Assembly (NCBI RefSeq): GCF_006345805.1
Contig: NC_043000.1
Coordinates: forward strand, 47,368,001-47,432,000
DNA length: 64,000 nucleotides
Source of the DNA: Octopus sinensis
Taxonomy: Eukaryota
Reading direction: 5' to 3'
A model generated the notes under the pieces. The model saw only the letters and a program-made list of their open reading frames with translations, was not told the DNA's origin and ran no database searches. Below are positions 55,352-64,000 of the stretch, one piece after another. Numbering within the stretch: the stretch's first letter is position 1; each line of letters opens with the position of its first letter. The translations under genes were made by a program, and so were the position numbers.

Positions 55352-57075
55352 GTAAGTCATTATTCAGCTTATTTCAAATTCTTTTGCCAATAGAGAAAGA
55401 ACTGGTTTCTAACCTAGATCCAAGTCTCCATTGGAATTTCAACATCAGCAACAGAGTATTTTTGTTTGTATGTATGTATGTATGTATGTATGTATGTGCA
55501 GATTTGTATTTTTTATGTATGTATTCTAATGCGTATAGTTGCATATCTAGATATGCTCATATATAATTAAATGATAAATTTCTGGAGAGTTTTATAGATG
55601 GACTGGATCTGTAGTCTTCGAATTAGCTTTCTCCTTCCTGGTTATGAGAAGCCTAATTTCTCAAGATTGGTATTTAGGCAATGTGTTACGTATCCCGAGG
55701 CCCCAGTAATTACAGGTTTAAACCTGCACTTGTAATCTGGATAGAGTAACTGCAGATTACTCAATAGTTCAGGATAGATGTTCTCTTTTCATTGATCTTC
55801 AGCTTTATGTTAACATCCGCTGGGCAGCTAATTTCCACAACTATAAACAGTTTCTCTTCTCTATCCCAAATCAGGTCTGTTGTGCTTACATTTTATTTAG
55901 GTATTCACTGGTACATTCCACCAGTATTCCTTTTTATTATGAGTGGCTACAGCTTCTACCATATTGTGGGTTATTATTTTTTTGTCCTCGGGATTATCTT
56001 TCAATCGGATTTCATAACAGAGTGTCCTAGCTACAATGTCATGTCTCATCGGTAGCTAATACCGTGATGACATTTTCGGACAACTGCTTATGGTGTGGAT
56101 GATATCTTCAGTGTGAACTTAAACAAAGTCTGCATCGGTTGTCACTCTTTACGGCTTTACCTGCATCTCTATCGTTTTGTGCATCAGGTACTTGGTTGAT
56201 ATTTCCTGTTCCTGGATTGCAAACGCATACCCTTCAAAGTGGGAGGTAGTAATCCGGCTATTGGTCCATGATAAACTGCTTTGATGATCAGTGTTACTAT
56301 CATTACGGGCCTTTCTAGTAGCATATCCATGCATAGTCTTCTGCTCATATAAGCTCATCTTTTCATTTGATGATACGTTGCGGTAGAGTCGTGTGACTTC
56401 TTTGGGCATGTATTCTAGGTTATCAGCCAGCGAGTGTTGTTCAAGGAGCTGCCTTCCAAGTCTTATGATGTTATCAGCCTCATGCATGCAAACTTGATCA
56501 AGGGATGCACTTCGACACTTAGTGATTAAAAGATGTTGCCGAAAGGATATGATGCGACATTCAAAGGCATTTTGTATGTATGCATGTATGTATGTGTATG
56601 TATGTATGTATGTATGTATGTATGTATGTATGTATGTATGTATGTATGTATGTATGTATGTATGCATGCATGTATGTATGTGTGTGTGTGTGTGTATGTA
56701 TGCATGTATGCATGTATGTGTGTGTGTGTCGTCGTCGGTTTTTCCTCTTTTCCTAGAACTTAGTTTCTTCTCTGTGGAACGATTCGTTCATTGTTGATGT
56801 CTCTGTAGACCAATTCTTGCATAGAAGAGTCGATGTCATTGACTGCATGGTAATGTTGGTGGAAGACGTTGAAGTGGAGTCGTTTGATTTCTTCCCTTTT
56901 CTCTTCTTGTGGTTTTGAGGTTTTTTGGTTCTGATGGTGATAGAACACTGTCATTTGGTACAGTCTCAAGCTTGTGTTTCAAACGATTTAGGCTCAATTC
57001 CAGAGGCTTTCAGTGTTGTTTTGAGCCGGTGCTTGTATCATCGAAGATAGCAAGACCTCGTGGTCTTTTTTCCTG
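55352..57075 (-). mobile_element. RLE-type non-LTR retrotransposon remnant in (ATAC)n, in two pieces (55352-56573 and 56728-57075)
   Basis: SHFEGYAFAIQEQEISTKYL, CRLC knuckle, RPDLIWDREEKLFIVVEISCP endonuclease motif, then a 3' UTR. The distal piece is less certain. Confidence 0.8.
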
Positions 57076-58034
57076 TGTATGTATGTACTAAAGTGGGACA
57101 AAAACGTAATATGATATATTGTGACATGTTAAACTGTAGTACATCAAACAAATACACAAACAGGCAGCTTAATCACAAGAAAGTGAGAAACTCCTGTCTA
57201 GGTGGAACTAGACAACTTCATGCTTGTAACCACTTTCTGCTCCGATCACTTTCAACGAACTTGCTCCACCAAAATTGCCTGACAGCATTTTTGACTTTCG
57301 CTTAATCGAAATAGCCCCTCATTTCCTAGCGGATGATTCTTCAGCTGTCGATATACCTCTGCTATGAACTTAAAACTGCTATCTCTTATCCGGAGGCTTT
57401 TGGTGTCCTTCATTTACCTCGTATTTAATCAGCACATCATGTAGTTTTGTTTTTTAGTGCCATTAGCAAAACTTCGAATTACCGTAAATTTCAATCACTC
57501 AAAGCTCTAGATGATTCCTTGTGATGACCTTCAAATCACTTGCTTTTTGTTTGGCTATTTTCTTTTTCCTTTCTTTTTTCTTTTAATACAGTTTTTTTTT
57601 TTTTTTTTGCTTTTCTCCAAATTTCATTACCTCTGCAATCATTGTAAGATGACAAGGCATAAATACTACGCGGAGCCTCTAGACAGTCATATTCGAAAAA
57701 AGATCTTTCGGTTTGTCGATGCTTAAACGTGACATTAACGACACTCGGCATACGAGATAATTCATTGTTCAATTTCGATTATTTTCGAAACTCGACTGTG
57801 GTATAGGAAAATGGTGTTAGCAGCAACCATGGTCTTCACCAGTGGGTCCTGCTGTTGTTATTGCCGCTTCGCTGCCAAATGCAGGTTCTTTAATCCTTTT
57901 GTTTACCATGATCTTTTTGGTAGTAAACCTTTCATACGTCCCTTACTATTACACATGTTGGGAATTGGCTATATGCTCTACAGTGCTAGTTTAATTAGCT
58001 TACTCGCTGCTCTCTCAATATGTTACAGCTCCGT

Positions 58035-58231
58035 AAGTCGGTGAGCTGATAGAATTTTTAGCACGCCGGGCAAAATGCTTTGTGATATTTCGTCCGTCTT
58101 CTCGTTTTGAATTCAAATTCCGCCGAGGTGGACTGATACAATTAAGTACAAGTTGAGCACAGGGGTTTATATAATCCACTTAGCCCCTTCCCTGAACTTG
58201 CTGGCTTTGCGCCAGAATTTGAAACCAATAC
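58035..58231 (+). mobile_element. Family A SINE with 13-bp TSD
   Basis: GTTACAGCTCCGT (58022-58034) and GTTACAGCTCTGT (58232-58244) flank the copy. Confidence 0.8.
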
Positions 58232-59139
58232 GTTACAGCTCTGTGATGACCTTGTAGTCAACTAAACACTTATTGTCCATTCTGTTAGTCAGAAGACACA
58301 AGCCATGGCTTAACGTTCATTCAGTTTTCTCTGGCCATGATCCTCGTATATCATGTGGGACCAAACGCTTAGGAGACGTGAGGTGGATTATCTGTCCCCC
58401 ATCTGATTTTGATGATCAGATACATGCTCTGATATACTATGTTCCGGTTTATGAAACACACATCGTGTCACATACTGGCCTGGTCATGTGAAAGTCCACT
58501 TTCTTCTTTAGTTATCTTTGTTCCTTATTGAACTTCCTTTTTCTCACTCTTTACAAATTAAATTCGTTTGGTATGAAGCTACTAGTTTTGACACACCTAT
58601 CCATTTATTTCTCTTTTTCATCGAATTAGCTCAAGTCTAGTAGCTTATTTTAACCATGAACTCGTATTAAAAAGTGGAAGATATTTGTTGAGGAAGTTTT
58701 CGTTGTTTTTCCATTCAAATTAATACTTCCAACATTATTCTTCATTTGTTCACTTGTATTTAAGCTTGAATATGTGTCCTGTCTCGTTTCTTTGATATTT
58801 TCCGTTTCTAATTTTTTCCGTCTTCTTTTGAAAATAATTTGCGATAGTATTTGTTCTTGTTATTGCTACGATCACTGCAACGAACGCTTCTAATTGATAC
58901 AATTTGAAGCAATTTAAGCCACGAAAGACAATATACCTGGCTATTTGCCCAAACTATGCAAACAGTTAAAAATATCAAACGAGCAAGTCTTCTTCGAGCA
59001 CGGATAAGGGGACAGAATTTCAAATAATACGAATGTCTTCTGGAACAAAGAATTAAAAACATTTTTTTTGTAGGGTAATCCAGTTAAAAAGATTACTTTC
59101 CTCGTGGATTTCTCTTAGAAAGACTCGCTCACTTGAAAA

Positions 59140-59206
59140 ACAACAGCAGCCGCAGAAGCAGTCATAGCAGCAATAGCAGCAGCAGCAACAACAACAGTAG
59201 TGGTGA

Positions 59207-59271
<65 letters not shown>

Positions 59272-59305
59272 CAGCAGCAGCAGTAGTAGTATTAGCAGCA
59301 GCAGC

Positions 59306-59343
<38 letters not shown>

Positions 59344-59374
59344 AAGTAGTAATAGCAGCAGCAGTAGCAGCAGC

Positions 59375-59407
<33 letters not shown>

Positions 59408-59547
59408 GGTGGTGGTGGTGGTAGTGGTGGTGGTGGTAGTGGTAGTAAAAAAGTAGAGGTCGAGAAGAAGAAGAAGATGATGAAGAATAAGAAGAAGAAG
59501 AAGAAGAAGAATATGAAGAAGATGATGAAGAAGAAGAAGAATGAGAA

Positions 59548-59578
<31 letters not shown>

Positions 59579-59605
59579 AAGAAGAAGAAGAAGAAGAAGA
59601 AGAAG
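59140..59605. repeat. Compound trinucleotide microsatellite (CAG/TAG/TGG then GAA)
   Basis: Directly visible. Confidence 0.97.
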
Positions 59606-59719
59606 CTTTAGGATGCACTAACCATGATCTGACTCAGAAAGATCATATTTACAACGAATGACTATATTCTTGCTGCCCACTCTCAGCTAAACGGCTTGAC
59701 AGAGGTGGTGCTTTTCAAC

Positions 59720-60110
59720 CTTGGAAATTATAGGTATGACAGAGATAGGGACTTCAAATACAGGAAATTATACTAACATTACATCCAACAGATAAGAGAT
59801 GGTACGAAATGCAATAGGTCTCCAAGAATAACCAAGCGACAATGATCTTTGCAGAGAGAGAGAGAGAGAGCGAAATGATAAATGGAAACCAGAGATATAA
59901 TAATCCCAAGATATAATAACGATTTCTAAAAACAAATGGAAAAATTTTCAAATACAAGAACTTAGCAATAGAGATAACCACAGCATTGGGGTAAGGAAAC
60001 AGAAAAAAAAATCCCAATAATAATAGGTGCCTTGTGAATGATTGGAAAGAATGCACACAAATGCGTAAAAGGAAACCGACCAATATTATTCAGGTAGCAC
60101 ATCGTATATT
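59720..60110 (+). mobile_element. Old R4/Dong-like endonuclease remnant, homologous to 3690-4297
   Basis: TTTCAAATACAAGAACTTAGCAATAGAGATAACC (KYKNLAIEIT) and ATCCCAATAATAATAGGTGCC (IPIIIGA) parallel the younger copy. Confidence 0.6.
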
Positions 60111-60305
60111 TAACTACAAACCATTTTAATAAAATTTATGCTTGTATAATGCATGCCATATCTCAAGCAAATCCCTAGTTAGTATACGTCCATATAATTA
60201 TGCATATATACGTGTGTATATATGTGTGCATGTGTGTGTGTGTGTCTGTGTGTTTATGCATGTTTCCGTGTGAGCAAACATATGTTTAGGTCATCAATTA
60301 CGATG

Positions 60306-60394
<89 letters not shown>

Positions 60395-60471
60395 AAAAAG
60401 ATGTGGAACTTCACCTAATTAAATACACTCTCCCTTACTTAAATTATTTTGTCAGCATTTTCTTCATTTCC

Positions 60472-60511
<40 letters not shown>

Positions 60512-60539
60512 CACACACAAGTACACACACACATATATA

Positions 60540-60920
60540 ACCGTGTGATAAGTTTGCTTCCAAACTACATGGTTCCAGGTTCAGTCCCACTAAGTCGCAC
60601 CTTGAGCAACTGTCATCTACTATTGCTTTGGTCCGACCTAAACCTTGTGAGTGGATTTGGTAGACGGAAACTAAAAGAAACCTGTCATGCATGTGTGTGT
60701 GTGTGTCTTTGTATTTGTCCTCCACCACTGCCTGATAACCGGTGTTGGCTTGTTTACATCCGCATGGCTTAGTGATTCAGTAAAAGAGACCGATAGAATA
60801 AGTTCGAGGCTGTAAAAAGGACTGGGGTCGACTCATTTGACTAAAAGTTATTTAAGGCGGTACCCCAGCATGGTCGCAGTCTAATGAGTGAAACAAGTAA
60901 ATGATAAAAGATAAAAGATG
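60540..60920 (+). mobile_element. Family B SINE
   Basis: GGTTCAGTCCCACT, GTGAGTGGATTTGGTAGACGGAAACT, tail GAAACAAGTAAATGATAAAAGATAAAAG. Confidence 0.85.
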
Positions 60921-60999
60921 TGTGTGTGTGTGTGAATCTTACCGAGCTTCTCGCCTCCAAGCATTACATTTTTCTCTTGTAGTTCCTCATTTATGTCGC

Positions 61000-62000
61000 T
61001 GCCTCTAATGGCAGGAAAGGCTGAATTTTATCCCTAGAGGTCACTTGATGGTCAATAGAGACTTTGGTCGGTGTTGGCAGATTTTTCATACTAACCGTTT
61101 ATTATCTTCATTTCCTCAAGGTGTTCCTCGATATATTCTACGCTGATCATAACAATGCTATGCCTTCCCCGTGTTGCATCCAGCATTTAGCGTCGATGTA
61201 GGAGACGTTTTCGTCGTCCGTTTCAGTTGTCCTTTGTAGCATAAAATGTGGCAACTGAGTCATTTTTTCATTTCACAACAATGGATAAATGTGGAAATAA
61301 CCATGGCTTGATAAACCACAGGTCTGGTTTGTAATTTCAAATTTTGCTATCGAAAGAGTTTTCGGAAAGTGACATGGGCTGTTCGAATCATGCTCTCCAA
61401 AATTCTCTAGGACTTACACTGTGTGGAGAGAATACTTCCAAAGTATGTAAGATATCTTTTTCTTCCTGTGGAGTATTACGTATAAAACTGTTGAAATCTG
61501 GACAGGTTTAGTTTGAAGCAGATTGTGCAAGTACTTTTGTTCCGGATATTGCTTGTCAGACTGAACGATCTGGTTATAGAACATATCATTGCCCTGATTG
61601 TTTTGTGATACTCGAACGAACACTCCACAATAGCATGACAGAAGGAATGATGCATCAAAAGTACGTCAGAAGATTTACTCCCATCAGCAGCTGCATAAAA
61701 CAAGGAGAATTCACCCCCAAATTTGCTTTCCCTGTACTTTGCAGTCAGGCACCACGAAATTTCACCTAACAACCTTTCTGTAGATGTTAAATACCAATTC
61801 TATGAGGAACTGTACAATCTGTCCGGACTTCGACCTTAAAGAATGAACAACAGCATTAGTGTCACTTTCATCATCAATGATATTTGTCTTGATTCTATGT
61901 CCAGGAGTTCTTCATGCACGAAGAACTTTTTCCACTATATTTTCCCGGTGACGGTATACTCAACTTACAGTCTTCGATCGGTACGAAGCTCCAATATGTA
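61000..62000 (-). mobile_element. Possible very decayed Penelope-like RT remnant
   Basis: Only traces: KFGGEF..MG (resembling FxGxFY..AMG) and ENVSYID (resembling FLD) in the expected order. Confidence 0.3.
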
Positions 62001-63060
62001 GGATATCCCAGAAATAGCTGTCAGAAGCAGTATTTTACTAACTTTACCACCATTTGTCATGTAGCCAGATTAAATTGAATTAAATTAAATGTCCTTGCCA
62101 TGTCTCAACTAATTATTTGCCTTTTCTCTCTGCTTTAACCTATAAAATTTATATATGTATGCATGCATTTATGTATGTATGTATGTATGTACGTTCGTAC
62201 GTGCAAACATACATACATTCACAGACCCACACATACACTCATAAATGCATTCAGTTTCACCTGATGATCACAGTGACGTAAAACCCGACTGAAAAAATGA
62301 ACTCTCTGCTTCAGCTTCAATAAACCAAGCCATATCCACAATAGCTTGTACTGAACACTCCTTTCTCATTCGTTCGCCATTAAGCTACGTAAGAGTATAT
62401 TTATATAAGTGTGTATCTATTTCAGCGTGTTTGCGTGCGTGTTGTGGGTTATATTTTAATTTAAGTGACTAGTGTGATATTGATAGGAAGAATAATCGAT
62501 ATGTGAATTTAGAATTTATCGATAAGAGGTATAGTCTACAAATATTATTGACGTGTAAAAGTTATGAACCATTTTTCATTTTAATATTTATTTATTAGTA
62601 GAGTTGCAATATGTGATAAATGGACATAACTATGACACGTAGTCTTATTTTTAATAAGTCGCAATGGGTCAAAAAGATAGATGTTGGATATTATTAAACT
62701 ACAATAAATTTATTTGTGCGTTTATAGAGGACATTTATCTATGTTGTATAATTATATAATATGTGAAATTGATAGGTCTAGCAGAAATTTCACTACTTCA
62801 CTTATGGAATCTGTCCTACGTTAAGCTATTCAGATAGATCTTGTTTCATAAGTAAAAGGGACAGTAGTTTTGAAAAAGATTATTAATTTTAGTTTAAGCA
62901 CCCAACAAATTTATGAGAATTTTGGGTTTTTACTAAACATTACTAAATTGATTTTGACTATGCCATTGCAAGACCTACGCCTTTATATGGTTCAGTAAAT
63001 CCACGTATGATTATACTCCTCTGGATTATTTGAGTAACTTTTTATATGTAATTTAATTAA

Positions 63061-63464
63061 TCTATATATATATATATAAAGCTGAAGTTGTCTGTGTGTG
63101 TGTGTATGTGTGTGTGCGTGTGTGGCAGGTTTGGTAGCCTTCAACTAACACTATCTCCTCCGAGACCCTGCGGCGCAAGTTGACCAAAATTGAGAGTGTG
63201 ATAGAAGAAGGCTTGCTCTTTATTCCGTAGAAGAAAAATTTCAAATCGAACCATGTTAAGGCCAAAAATTATTTACATCAAAAAGGTGCTTTTTTTCTAT
63301 GAAAATCCCTATTTGTTTACAATATTTTGACTACTGTGTCGCCACTTTTCGGTGTATTTCAACCAGAAAAATGTTCACTTGAAGAGAATAACAAGCTACA
63401 TAATGCCAAATTCCAATTCTAAAGGGTCGAAACAAACCCGAGCAACGGCGGGCTATACTGCTAC
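63061..63464 (+). mobile_element. Non-autonomous Helitron (~400 bp)
   Basis: 5' TC terminus after A; 3' hairpin CCCGAGCAACGGCGGG then CTGCTAC (variant of CTAG) before T; no TSD; 3' end resembles 40336-40362. Confidence 0.82.
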
Positions 63465-63821
63465 TCACTAACTATTCTTGTGTTAGGCTGATAACTCGTA
63501 GGCGAATATGACCGTCACTGACAAGTTACATCTCAGATATTAAAAATAATGGAAGTCAGTAATGCCCGTGCTGAAATTTAAAGTTAATAACAATTTGTTA
63601 AACATCACCAAAACTCTCACGAAAGAAAAGCCATTCAGAGGTTATTTTTTTCATACTGCAAGGTGTACATTCAAAACCGCTCTCCTTACAAAGCAAGCTG
63701 AGTAGAGTTCCTAGTTTAACCACTGACGGTGCGACCATGCAACACGTTGTAGTAAGTAATATGTTAGTAGCATAAAGAGAACCCTGACATACGTTCACAT
63801 CTACAAAGACGCGCAAACTGA

Positions 63822-63891
<70 letters not shown>

Positions 63892-64000
63892 GTATTTATC
63901 TATGATGAACGTCTACGCGTATTACAGAGGAGGCAAATAGCCAGCATGAGCAAACGCGCATGGTATAAATTGCAACATTTGTTTATCGTGATTTTTAAAA

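Noticed and set aside
63595-63710. TKEKPF, resembling a C2H2 zinc-finger linker
   Set aside because: No correctly spaced Cys/His pairs in frame, and only a single occurrence.

Overview
AT-rich eukaryotic DNA made almost entirely of transposon debris and microsatellites. The repeat repertoire looks like an octopus/coleoid cephalopod genome (my recognition, not a database result). No host protein-coding gene, tRNA, rRNA or CRISPR array can be supported, and most ORF-track entries are microsatellite artefacts. Supported features: (1) many copies of at least four tRNA-derived SINE families; (2) a young 5'-truncated CR1-group LINE present as a near-identical 1275-bp tandem duplicate inside a (TA)n tract (50861-53391); (3) several RLE-type (R4/Dong-like) and Tx1/L1-like LINE remnants; (4) a decayed Helitron with PIF1 helicase motifs and a non-autonomous Helitron; (5) Tc1, mariner and hAT remnants; (6) Penelope-like termini carrying hammerhead ribozyme motifs. 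The two most notable observations are a ~955-bp near-perfect palindrome with a complete minimal hammerhead fold in each arm (40418-41373), and a SINE subfamily with a Tx1/L1-like tail that is joined at the same position of another copy of its own family at five junctions, suggesting a self-targeting SINE. Repeat boundaries are approximate unless TIRs or TSDs are cited.
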